In this document: positions 51,037-64,000 of the stretch, in pieces
Layout: each line of letters begins with the position of its first letter
Position numbering within the stretch: the stretch's first letter is position 1
NCBI RefSeq assembly: GCF_001194135.2
Contig: NC_068981.1
Coordinates: 130,565,803 to 130,629,802, forward strand
Source of the DNA: Octopus bimaculoides
Taxonomy: Eukaryota
Direction of reading: 5' to 3'
DNA length: 64,000 nt
Program-made: the position numbers and the translations under genes
Notes under the pieces: generated by a model
Told to the model about the DNA's origin: nothing
What the model saw: only the letters and a program-made list of their open reading frames with translations
Databases searched by the model: none

Positions 51037-52750
51037 GCTGCAAAGTGAATTTCTGACCCCATCCCCACAACTGAACTACTTGGATCATTGAACTAGTGTG
51101 TAATGGGCTGAGTATTCCAAAACTGTGAGTTTTTCTGGCCTCTTTCATCACTGGCTGACGGTACTACAAATATGGTAACTTCTTCCCAAACAGCATCTTT
51201 TGTAGCTGTTAAGTCTTACACGTGCTTGACATGGTTTTTGACAATTCTTGTAGTAGAGCACTGTTGAGACAAAAGCGTCGACCACTGTTGTGCAGTTATG
51301 TCTTAGGAAGGAAGAATCAGCAAAGGACTTTAACAAGCGGAGATCAGCTGTGAATAGAGAATGCAGAGCTTGTGGAAACCCCCACTCTCCGACGTATACT
51401 CTTAAACCCTTAGTGTTTAATCTGGCCATATCTGGCCCAAATCTTCAACCTGTTTTATGCTAAACTGACCAAATCCAACCTCTTACATGTACCCTACCAT
51501 GTCATACTAAAAGTAAACAATCCTATCATCAAAATTTCAAAGCTATAAGATAATGCATGATTAATTCAAAACTGTGAATAAATAAGGAATACATTTGACA
51601 AAGAAATCTGAATGCTAAAGGCTTAATATAATTCTCAGGTAGCATTAGTATGATAGAGCGTGACAAGGACAAACCTTTGATTTACAGTACGTTCAACTTA
51701 TCTGACAACCTTTCAAATGGTTTCCATCTACCCAATTTTGCTTACAAGGCATAGGGTGATCAGAAGTTATGTGCGAAAAATCACCTATTATATTTAAATT
51801 ATTTATATTGTAGATTTAACAAAATGCAGAAACAATAACAAGCTAAACACATTAAGTATAATTCAAGCTTGAACACTTATTTTAGGATTACAGATCTTCT
51901 TCAGGTCACAGGAATTTCCACTATTTCTCAAACATATCACAACTAGAATAAGAAACGGATGAAAATATTTCATACAGCAATCTACATATCTATACAACCC
52001 ATCATGAAAAATTTTAAAGTTTAAGAGGATCTTGAGAATATGTAGATATCTAACTAGACTGTTTCTCCATAGTTAAAATAACAATACAGAAAGTGAAACT
52101 AACTTACAACAGAAATGAGTTGAAATGAACACAGACTTTGAGACAGAAACATTGTTCATATANNNNNNNNNNNNNNNNNNNNNNNNNNNNNNNNNNNNNN
52201 NNNNNNNNNNNNNNNNNNNNNNNNNNNNNNNNNNNNNNNNNNNNNNNNNNNNNNNNNNNNNNNNNNNNNNNNNNNNNNNNNNNNNNNNNNNNNNNNNNNN
52301 NNNNNNNNNNNNNNNNNNNNNNNNNNNNNNNNNNNNNNNNNNNNNNNNNNNNNNNNNNNNNNNNNNNNNNNNNNNNNNNNNNNNNNNNNNNNNNNNNNNN
52401 NNNNNNNNNNNNNNNNNNNNNNNNNNNNNNNNNNNNNNNNNNNNNNNNNNNNNNNNNNNNNNNNNNNNNNNNNNNNNNNNNNNNNNNNNNNNNNNNNNNN
52501 NNNNNNNNNNNNNNNNNNNNNNNNNNNNNNNNNNNNNNNNNNNNNNNNNNNNNNNNNNNNNNNNNNNNNNNNNNNNNNNNNNNNNNNNNNNNNNNNNNNN
52601 NNNNNNNNNNNNNNNNNNNNNNNNNNNNNNNNNNNNNNNNNNNNNNNNNNNNNNNNNNNNNNNNNNNNNNNNNNNNNNNNNNNNNNNNNNNNNNNNNNNN
52701 NNNNNNNNNNNNNNNNNNNNNNNNNNNNNNNNNNNNNNNNNNNNNNNNNN

Positions 52751-52781
<31 letters not shown>

Positions 52782-53591
52782 CGCTTACTGGAAAACTAAC
52801 TTCATTTGGCAATTTGTATTTACATGAATAAATTCAAAATTGGATTTTGGCTCTATTTATACTCATAAAAATCAATCAATTATCAATTTGTATCAGTAGC
52901 AAAGTATGATCTACCAACATTTTGACACAGAAAATAAAGTGGCCAACATTTTTTGGAATATGTTTTGAATTTTCAGTATTACTTCATTTCAACTGTAAAG
53001 TGAATATCTTCCTTTGATTTCCAACAATGAAGTATTTGAAATGTTCACATATGCTTTATTGTTGATAAACTCCAAGAATACCACAATATTTTACTGAAAA
53101 TGTGATGATGTGGAGTGGGGGAAGGAGTGTTGATCAACGCTCTGTAAGAGCATGATGTAGTTAACAGATTTAAAATTTGGGAACTTCTTTGGTAGCGTGT
53201 TTGGAATAATGGATGTTATGATGAAGTAAATACAGCCCAAATGTTTGCACGAAAAGTGATTCTAATGCAAACATCTACTAAGAGCCACCCATATTCCATG
53301 GGTTCCTGAATTTGTATCATATGGCAGACATGGTGTTATATATCTTTAGGTCCATAAAACTACAGGTATCAATTCACCTGGGAGATAATCTATGATGACC
53401 AAGCCAATTAGGGAGCATCTAGCATGGCCAACTACAAATTGCTGCCAAATCCCTCATAAACCAACCGAGGTAGCTATGGTCATACAACGATAGAAAGTAT
53501 CTGACCAAGAGGGAGATTAACCTCATGGATCTTCTTGCAATAAACTAGCATAGTGTTAAAAATAGAAAGACAACATTTCCTGAGGGATACA

Positions 53592-53626
<35 letters not shown>

Positions 53627-54333
53627 TACATACATACCCTTTCTTGTGATGCATTAGACTAGCAGCAATATCTCTATTTACATTAGTTCACAAGCAAAAC
53701 TTCTGTAGAAGCTTTTGTCCAGGAGGAAAGAGTCTGTAGGCTGCTTAAGCTTAAAAAACAATATTCAGACTAAAAGTAAAACACTTCTTACTTACATTTT
53801 ATGTTCTGAATAAAATTCTTGCAGATAAGTAAAGCTAGAAGTAAAAGTTTGTGTTGAGATGCGAGCTCTAAGTGAAACATTTATGTATTGTTAAAGTGAT
53901 GCAGATATTTAAATGATGAAGCACAGAAAGAAGTACTAAGAGAACACTATAAGTAAAATGCTTAGGACTGACAAGAAGAGTATATGGAAGACATTCATGT
54001 TTTATATTGGTTTGCAGTGAGTGTACAGTATAGGTAAAGAATTGAATGAAACTAAGTCACTTATTTTCTGTTATTTCAGCTCTCCTACCTTATTTCTTCG
54101 TCCCCCTATTTTTATTGCTCTCTCTCTCTCTCATATACACATAAATGAATGGCTTCATTTTACAAATACAAAAATGATTTCTGTCGAGATGGAATCACCA
54201 GGTATTACTTATTTTAGCAATGCTTTAAGAAAAGAGGACAAAGTCAACTCCGGCAGAGTTTTGAGTTCAAAACCGCAAAGTAAATATGCGAGATATTATC
54301 AAGCATCTAAATTAGATTTGAGCTTATTTGGCC

Positions 54334-54369
<36 letters not shown>

Positions 54370-54768
54370 CGATAAAGAAATGTGGGAAGCAAAAATGAGA
54401 TAGAAAAAAAAAAGGACAAGACTATGGTTGAATAAAGCATGACATACCCCCTCTAAGACTGCTGACTAAGCCATTCTCAGCTACTTATACAAGCAACAAT
54501 TAATACAGATGAGTCAATTGCTCAACTTCCTAGGAAATAGCAACCAATTCTTCATATCACAACTTACTACTTTTTGAAAAAAAGGAAGATTCATTAAATG
54601 ATGTTGTTATAAAAAGAAAAAACAAAACAAAACAAAACTATAAATTAAATAAAAGACAGTATAGTCACAACTAGAATACTAATGATCAAAGATCTACTCA
54701 ATCAGAAGTCATTTTGGACTAAACAACAACAACAACAACATCAACAACAATTAATAAGGGCTACTCAC

Positions 54769-54918
54769 TCCTTACAATCTGCTCTGTGGGTGCAGAGCTA
54801 GGGTGTTGCTCATTGCAAAGCTGCGCATCTGACTGATCGCGACAGTGTGACCTGCCGTTACACACTAACGACTGGTCAGACTGACAGGTAGAGCCATCAC
54901 AGTAGAATGTGCACACAT
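54769..54918 (-). CDS. LDLRAD4: LDLRAD4/PMEPA1-like protein, LDL-receptor class A domain exon
   Basis: Minus gtttcag|AT...AGGA|gtgagt; 150 nt, phase 1-1; (D)VCTFYCDGSTCQSDQSLVCNGRSHCRDQSDAQLCNEQHPSSAPTEQIVR has 6 Cys in LDLa spacing and shares SLVCN and D-x-S-D with LDLRAD4. The 5' boundary is uncertain (in-frame ATG at 54949). Confidence 0.85.
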
Positions 54919-57900
54919 CTGAAACAGCAAACACTGCCGCTTTAGTCATTCAGTAAAGACACAAAAGGGGAGACAATACATGAAGGAACAATGAGGTTTG
55001 TGTTAACTGGGAATTTGGCACGAGAGAAGGGTTGGTAATAATTGGTGCAAATACTAGCAGAGAACAATGTAGTCAATACTAGGGTAGATATGAGGGGTTG
55101 ACACCAGAATTAAAAGGTAGTGGGTGGCTTTGTGGTTGATATGAAAGTTGAACTGTGGTACAGAAATTTAGTGAAGTGGAATAAATTACTTTGAGAAGGA
55201 GAGAAAATATTTGTAGACAGTATTGAATAGAACTATTTATTCAGTACTATCAGTAAACATTTAATCTATCTTTATATGCTAGGTCCTGCCTGAAATACCA
55301 AACTTTTCTTCCTCACAGCGTGAATATTTTACACTTATTATTTGCCACTACAGATCACCACTAGTTTCCTTGGAATCTATTTTTTTACCTTTGAAGTGTG
55401 GCAATTGTCTAATACAGGTACAACACTGATTTTTTTGGACACAGAAGGTCTGGAATTTAATTCTGTCGCTGTTGTACTAGTTTACTGGGTGGCCTTGTTT
55501 CACAAATATCTTGCAGAGTGTATTATTAATAAACTTGTAAAGTGTTGAGCTGGCAGAATCGTTAGCATGCTGAGCAAAATGCTTAGTGACATTTCAACCC
55601 TCTTTACACTATGAGTTCAAATTCTGCTGAGGTCGACCCTGCCTTTCGTTCCTTTGGGGTTGATTAAATGAATGCCAGTTGAACACTGGGATCGAGGTAA
55701 TCAACTTACTCCCACCCCAAATGGCTGGCCTAATACCAAAATTTGAAACCAATATTAATAAACTCGTATCATTTATACTAATGTACATGTATTTCATTTA
55801 ATTATAGAAGTAAAATTAATATTTGTTTAATTTAAAGGTGACTACCTCAGGTTTGGGAAAATCAGTAATCTGGAAATATGTTGGAACCAAAGGTTCTGGA
55901 ATATCATTGTTGTACTTGTACCAAGATAAGGAATCATACATATCAAGTCAAAGAAGAGCTACAATCTAAGGCAGTTATTGATCACAACATAAAATTGGTA
56001 CAGGTATTTATATCTCTGCATACTTCAAAAAAGATATGGAGTGTGTGTCCCAAAGAAAAGTAGCTGAAAGAAAACTCAAAGGCTATTGACATGAGTGGTG
56101 TACTGAATACTGTGTGTAAAACATTTTTAATTTACAAAATTTTCTTCCAAGTCAGAGAAGGGAAACAAAACCTGGCATCAATTGTTAACAATTCTGAAGG
56201 AGAATGGGAGATACTTTCAAGAAATTTAAAAAATAATTCATTATTGAACTGACAAGCTTGTTTATTTATGGTAGTGCAGTTGAAAAGCTTGATTCTCAAC
56301 CATGTAGTCTTGGGTTTAGTCCACTGCATCACACCTTAGGCAAACATCTACTAACCCCAGGTCAACTAAAGCTTTGCTAGTAGATTTGGTAGATAGAAAC
56401 TGAAAGAAGCCTATCATATGTATATATGTATGTGTGTGTGTGTGCTTATGTTTGTCCTCCATCTCTGCTTGATAACCAGTGCTGATTTGTCTACATTTCT
56501 GTAACTTAGCAGTTTGGCAAAAAGAGACTGCTAGAATAAGTACCTGGCTTAGAACAAAAATGTACTAGGATTGAGTTGGTTGACTAAACCCTTCAAGGTG
56601 GTACCCCAGCATGATTGCAGTCCAATGACTAAAACAAAATAAATGGTGTATGTGTATGAGGAGTTTATTATAGTATGCAAGCTTATATATATATATTGGG
56701 CCAGGGGAACAAAATGAGGCTTCTAAATATTGAGATTTTAAGATTTAAACTCTTACAATAAAAATTTTTAAATATGATGGTAGACAAAGCATTTAAATAT
56801 AAAGGTAAAAATGAAAATGGAAGTATGAAGGGAAAAGAGGCAGGCATAAGAGAAGAGAAAGAAAGGGAGGTAAAGAGGAGATAAAGCTGAGTTAAGTAAG
56901 GTATCATTATCCTTATCAGAAACCAACAGAAAAATTGAATTTAGTAAATGTTATTAATCACATTTCTAGTGTTTCATTATATACAGTTTTTAACTGTGCA
57001 TAATCCTACTACAACAATGCCTTAAAAGAGAGTGATTTATTGGGGGAAAAACAATATATTTCTCCCTATAATACTTCACATAGCCCTGAAAATCACCATG
57101 CGAAAGTAACATAACTTGGTTTAACCCACCATGTAAACTTGCTGTGGCATCATATATTGCAAAAAGTTCCTTAAAACTTGTATCGAGATACTTTCCAACT
57201 GTACAAGCAACAAAAAAGATATGGTTTTTGGTTTTAAAAATAATATAATTGTACTGGGTTCAACTCATCCACTTAGTGGCAAATGCCTCAGCATATATTG
57301 CACTTAGATGAAATCAGCAGATATCAAACAATGTTCTTTAGTACACAACATACCTTTAAGAGTAAATACATACATGACGCAATTTTAAGCCCATGGAGAA
57401 AATGAACACCACTCCTCTTTCACAGTATGTCAGGAAACTAAAAGACATGGTTAGTGGTCAAATTCACCAAATCATATTTTGCAGCATCTGGATTGTGCTG
57501 CTTGTGAGAAATTCTTCATATTGTCAAACCCTCCCTAGCATCACCTTCTATCACTCTTCTGTATGGGGTTTTGGTACCAGATCTGTCTGTTTCCTATACC
57601 TTTAAACATTGCCCTTCTTTGCTATCGGCTATTACTCTCTTTCTCTCCAACATATCACTTTGTATTGACATCCACCACTTTTTCTTACCATCAGCCATCA
57701 CTATTGTCTATCTCTTGTCCTCTTTTACAACCACCCATCTTTATTGCCTTCCTTCAATCCTCTTTCTCTCAATATTCCTCCATCTAATTATGTCACTCAT
57801 GTCTTTCTACTACTATTAAATATTACAAAAACAACAAAACTCCAAAAAAGAAACACAAAAGGTTACTTATCATTGTCACTTTTCCACTGCTTCTCTCTAC

Positions 57901-59732
57901 CATAACCTTGCAATTATTCCTTTCTTTCTCTCATCATACTATACTATCTTCTTTGATGTTTCTCCCCCACTCCATCACACACACACACACACACACACAC
58001 TGTCTGTCTGTCTATGTCATCTCTCTCTCTCTCTCTGTGTCACTTCTCTTCTATTCACTATTTCAATCCTCTTTGTAAAAGAAAGCCAGAAAGGTACAAA
58101 TGCAGCTGAAATATCAATACATCTTCATAACTTTTTGCCTGTAAAATACTTTCACAAGAATGCTCTTTTCTTCCTAATCTCTTTTTACTTTGATATATTA
58201 TTAATCTAAACAACACCTTTGTCATCATCATAATTTTAACATTCACTTTTCCATGGTTACATAGATCAGGCCAAATTTGTTGAGGCAGGTTTTCTACAGC
58301 TGGATGTCCTTCCTGTTGCCAACCCTCACCTATTACCAAGTAAGGTGATATTCTCAAGGCAAGGAGACAGTAACACACATTTCTCCTATGCCTCATCGTC
58401 GTTTAATGTTCACTTTCCATGTTGGCATGGGTTGGAAGATTTGACAAGAGCTGGAAAACGACAACAAGCTCTACTGTCTACTTTAGCATGCTTGGTATGG
58501 CGAGATGCCCTTCCTAATGCTAATTAGTTTACAAAGTATATTGGGTGCTTTTTTATGTGACAGCAGCACTAGTGAAGTCATCAGATATATATATATGTGT
58601 GTGATGGGCTTCTTTCATTTTCCATCTACAAAAGGCCACTCACAAGCCCTGGGGCTATAGAAGAAGATACTTGCCCAAGGTGCCATGCAATAGGATTGAA
58701 ACTTGAAACCATGTTGTTGAGAAGCAAACTTCTTATCACACAACTATGCCAACCGATTGGCATCCAGTTGTAAGTCACTACCATCTAATCCATGCCAGCA
58801 TAGAAATGTAAGTACTTTAACTTTTAGTCAGTATTTACTTTTTTAATTTCTTTTCATTTTAGCCAAATTTATATTTCAACACATCACTCTAAACAGAGGC
58901 CTCTGATAAAATACTTTACAAAAAAAAAAAATCTTTGCTATGTTGGTGGAAGCTTTATTTTTATCATTTTTGTTTATTGTTTAGCCTCAGGTTAGTGTCC
59001 TGATTGAGCAGTCTTATGATGAAAGGCATTCCATTCATGTTCTATTTCAAGACAGCAGGGTGTTATTTGACTGCTATTTCTAGCTGCTTGAGTGATCGCA
59101 GAGAAGTCAGCTTATTGGCTGGTATTACATTATCAATATATGTGCATTTATCTTTTCACCATGAGAAAATACAGCACTCAAGAACCCTTTTCAGAGTCCC
59201 TGTAACAGGTGGGAAGATGGGAATACAGTATCCTTGTCTGAATGATTGCAGCAAAGTGGATTCCATCCAGCATTAAATAGACAATGCATAACTATTTAGA
59301 TATACGGAGTTAGTTATATACCACTGCTAGTGAATGTATAATTCTGTCAATACAGTTCTATATTTAAGAGATGAGGAATTATGTACATTATTTACATTTG
59401 ACGGATATTTGTCCTCATCTTGTTTGTTGTTAACAAACCGAAACGTTGTTAACAACAAACTAGATGAGGACAAATATCCGTCAAATGTAAATAACGTACA
59501 ATTCTGCCAATATTTTTTATTTTTTTACTTTTTTCAGTTATTAGACTGCAGCCATGCTGGGGTACCACCTTGAATTTTTATTCGAATGAATCAATCCCAG
59601 GATTTATTATTTTTTTTAAAGAGTGATACATATTCTATTGATTTCTTTTGGCAAACTGCTAAGTTATGGGGACATAAATATACCAACACTAGTTGTCAAG
59701 CAGTGGTGGGGGATGAACACAAAGACACACAG

Positions 59733-59774
<42 letters not shown>

Positions 59775-60252
59775 ACCCACACAAACACATATATGTACAG
59801 GCTATCAAATTCACTCACAAGGCTTTGGCCCAAGGTGCCACAGTGGGACTAAACCTAGAACTATATGGTTAGGAAGCAAGCTTCTTAGCATGCAATCATG
59901 CGTACCGCTTAATATAATGCTAACATTAGAATGTGTTCATTACTTTGAAAACAACATAATCACAACCCCCAAAGTAGGCTGTAGTAATTTAACCCTAGCT
60001 CATCAATGGTTGAGAATACCTATGATCAAAAATGTTTCAAATATGACCTCATGCTTTTATATTTCAGGGACTACATATTCAGTATGTGTATATCCTTTAT
60101 TTAAGATGGTAGGGTTCAATATAAGGGAAATTTGGTGTCTATTCCTAGCAAGTTGGTTGACCTCCAAAAGGTTCTCATGTTGATTCAAGCTCTCAGTGGG
60201 TTTTATGAATTTGTATACCAATACCCTTTTCACTGTTAGCTGTTGGGATACT

Positions 60253-60636
60253 TGTTGTTGGCACTCCGTTGCTTACGACGTCGAGGGTTCCAATTCATCC
60301 GATCAACAGAACAGCCAGCTCGTGAAATTAACGTGTGACTGGTTGAGCACTCCACAGACACGTGTACCCATAACGTAGTTCTTGGGGATATTCAGCGTGA
60401 CATAGTGTGACAAGGCTGGCCCTTTGAAATACAGGTACAACAGAAACAGGAAGAAAGAGAGAGAAAGTTGTTGTGAAAGAGTACAGCAGGGTTCACTACC
60501 ATCCCCTGCTAGAGCCTCATGGAGCTTTAGGTGTTTTCACTCAATAAACACTCACGATGCCCGGTCTGGGAATCGAAACCACGATCCTATAACCGCGAGT
60601 CCGCTGCCCTAACCACTGGGCCATTGCGCCTCCACA
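60253..60636 (-). mobile_element. SINE family D, young insertion with a perfect 12-bp TSD
   Basis: TGTTGGGATACT at 60241-60252 and 60637-60648. Confidence 0.9.
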
Positions 60637-63600
60637 TGTTGGGATACTACATCCTTCAAAAAACTTCCCTGCCTCTTGAAATTCCCCAACAATACATCTC
60701 ATGCCTCCCACCCCCGTTTTTTTTAAAGACTTATTCCCTGTTCACTTCCTGTGCATTTATTATATACAGTTCATGCAGTTTTGGTTTTATGATGAGTTAC
60801 AGAGCACCTGAGCACTGTATACAATAAATTCTTTATATCTTTTATGTGCTAATCTTTTTGTCATTATAAGTGAAGGCTTCATATGTTGATAGCTAAATTC
60901 TCCCAATAAGAGAGTCTGTACAGAGTAAAGAATATATTTAATACATGCAAAAATAAATTGCTCAAATAACTTTATTAAAATTCATTTTAAAAGTTGTTAG
61001 CGAATCACACAAAGCTTGAAAATTAACTAAATGAAAATTTAAAACATTTTAAAAATTACTATGATGAAATTTATAAAGAACAGCATATTTAATCTTGCAT
61101 TGGTTAAATTAGCTTTAATTGAGGTTGCATACATAAAGTAAATTTAAATTTTGGATAGTCAATAAACTAAGATATTTTGAAGATACAATTACAACTAGGA
61201 AACCATTGAATTTATTCATTATCAGAAGCAAAAATCTGCTTTCTTGGTAAAGCTTAGAGATTAAAACCTGCATTTTCAGTCCAACACAAAATATGTTGGT
61301 TTTGAATTCACTCTACTGCTGAGTACCCAGAAAAACCCTACTCCAGTAGGTACATAGTAACAAGGCTGCGAAATGACAGCTTATGAATGCCTCAAATGCC
61401 TAGCACATTGATATCTCTCTCTTTACTCTTTTACTTGTTTCAGTCGAGCAAATTAATTAAACACCGTTGTTATCGCTGTTGGGGGAGGGGGTCAATTTAA
61501 TCAACTTAGCCCTTCTCCCAAAATTGCTGGCCTTGTACCAAAATTTGAAATCATTATTATTATTGCGTTAGAGAGCAGTGCATGACATTGAGGTACAAAT
61601 ATACGAAACCCAATATACCCATCATAATGACATAAGACCTTGCAAGTGGGGGCCCAGTTAGAATTTTCTTCAGGTTGAGTAGCCCATCCTGCTCAAAAGG
61701 TCCTTGAAAAAAGGGTTGTTTAAGGATGTTGAGTGAAACACTCATGTTTCCAGAGGTGATTTATTCAAACCCCAAAGAACTCCTCTCAACATATGGCTAT
61801 GATGATCCCCAACTACTATTCAGAGATGCACATATTGTCAGTGTCAACTGGTTAAGGTGAAAAAACTGACAAGCAAATCTGTGGTATTGAGCAGAATATT
61901 TGTTGTCACCTATCTCTTTGACACCGAGACAAAACATGTACATGATGACACTTCCAATCAGTTAAGATCAGAGGCCATGAAATTAGTATTTGTTGTTGTC
62001 AGTGACATGCACCCCTTTAACAAACTAAGCTGATCCATATTTTAGGGACTAAATTCAGTGCTCAAACTTGTAGCAGCCTGACTGAAGCTTTGATTATCTT
62101 CATTTTCGTGAATTATTTCGAAAAGGGAGCATACTTGTAACTTCTGCATGTCCTTCTAGACTACAATGATTGTGATCATTATCCTCATTATTATTATTTA
62201 ATATCCGTTTCCCATGCTGGCATGGGTTGGATAGTTTGACTGAGGACTGGCAAAGCCAGTAGGCTGCACCAGGCTCCAATCTGATCAGGCAGAGTTTCTA
62301 CAGCTGGATGCCCCTCCTAACACCAACCACTCTGAGAGTGTAGTGGGTGCTTCTTATGTGCCACTGGCACAGGAGCCAGTCAGGAGGCACTGGCATCAAC
62401 CATGTTTAGATGGTCCTTTTTTATGTGTCATTGGCACAGGAGCCAGTCAGGGGGTACTGGCATCAGTCTGAATATCTGAATTGATGTCTAGTGAAGGAAT
62501 TCCCCAAGTTCGTGTAGGAACTTGAAGGCAAGAGGAAAGATATGAGACCCTGGTTGGAGGGTAGGATATCTCAAAAGCTAGTTCAGATGAAAAGCAGTAT
62601 GATGCAGTAGCAATATGAGAGAGAGAGAGAGAGAGGAAAATAACATATGCCTGTGGACTAAAAGGTCGCTTGTAGGAGAATCTTTACCAATCAGTTGGTT
62701 GACCTTGTTTTTGATGTGGTCTAGAATGTAGTGGCAGCATTATCCCAGATATCTGGCAAGTAAATCCATTAAGCACTCCATGATTCCATTAACTAACAAC
62801 GCTGTTACCATATCACTCATCTGCATTTCAGTGTTCACTACCACCTCTACCAACACTTCTACTCACCTCCACCCCCCCCCACATCAAATCAGTCCCAATT
62901 CTTTCCCTATCAATTATCTCCCTGTAGAAAAGAATTTGCCTTCATAGTTGTCTCCCTTACACCAATTCAATGATGGGATTCATGTGCATAGTGATAGCTC
63001 TAAAGGACTACATCTTTCACTGCAAATTTTCTTTGGTGAGCTGAGTGATAAAAAACAAACAAACAAAAAACTTTCTAGAATACACTCTCCTATTGAGAAA
63101 ATATTTCAAGGAATGTCTTAAGGCGATAGGTTTCAGTGTTGGAAGGATTTCAGCCAGTTTTTATGGAAGCAGAAACTGCACCAGACAACAATAAAATAAA
63201 TAAAAAAAAAGACTGCACTCTTAAATTTAAAAAAAAAAAAAAAATTTATACAAAACTTTGCTGCCAAATAAGAATGACTCATTATATGTATTAGGTGTGG
63301 CGTAATAAAATATGTGGTTCTACTGTTTGTAGTCAACATAAATTAGATATCACCATTTGATAGAATTTCTCCTCTGCTTCTTCTCTTAGTATCTGTCTCA
63401 CAACCCTGTAAATGATTACACAGGAATGTAGGACTAATTTGAAATATGCAAAGAGTGTGGGCTCTGTAATGAGACAAGTTTGTGCATGTTATTCTACTCT
63501 GTTATTGTGTTGCTGGACAATTCTATATCAACACTGGAATTCACAGAAACTGCTTAGATTCTGAGTAGTTTGTTGCATGCACTAACCACTGAGTCTTTCT

Positions 63601-64000
63601 CTGTGTTCTTACCAACTTATAATAAAGCAGTGAATTGTTAATGCTTCCTCTCACAGCCCCGAACATAATGCAGTGGTTATCTTTGCTTATAGAGACTGCT
63701 ACTACCAAATCAGTAACTACAAAGGATCTTCTATGAAGTTGCTTCACATGTTAGGAACAACAGACAAAATATATTTCAAATCATACTCCACCCCATCTCC
63801 CAGAAAAAAAGGACACTTCAGATAATGTAATCTTTAATATGCAGTTGGAATACTTTTGCTCATGGTAGTCTGGTCAATCAGAACTGACCCAGACCTAAAT
63901 ATCAGCAGCAACAACCTGTGACTACTTCACAAGTACAGCCAATACAGAACACTATAAATACCTCTATACAGCTACAATCAACTCAAACCAACGAAGGGAG

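Noticed and set aside
51870-51915. Minus-strand CUGAAGA-A-GAU..AUC hammerhead echo
   Set aside because: GAAA is replaced by UAAA and no stem I or III partner is present; too degenerate to call.
61563-61980. About 420-bp segment resembling an interspersed repeat (possible LINE 5' UTR)
   Set aside because: No second copy or diagnostic terminus in the window, so it cannot be supported from this sequence alone.

Overview
AT-rich eukaryotic genomic DNA. It is repeat- and microsatellite-dense with seven N gaps. The SINE/MITE/RTE families look like those of a cephalopod (Octopus-like), which is an inference. Two convergent multi-exon genes can be assembled by hand with canonical GT-AG sites and consistent phases. 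(1) + strand: the 3' eight coding exons of an NDRG-family pseudo-hydrolase gene (656-36362; about 226 aa in the window; 26.5 kb last intron). (2) - strand: an LDLRAD4/PMEPA1-like single-pass membrane protein gene (LDLa exon 54769-54918, TM exon 41491-41672, terminal exon 39763-40356). The ORF track only partly shows this second gene. The two 3' ends meet near 38.5-38.8 kb. Introns hold a Helitron 5' fragment, a full-length dead DD37D Tc1/mariner, CR1, RTE and R4/Dong-like LINE fragments, hAT and piggyBac-type MITEs, and four SINE families. The most unusual signal is a set of long fold-back (inverted-repeat) insertions. They are built around minimal, Penelope-type hammerhead-ribozyme motifs, and one family has a tRNA-derived head. 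Also notable, the LDLRAD4-like protein keeps the Smad-interaction-like segment but has no PPxY motifs.
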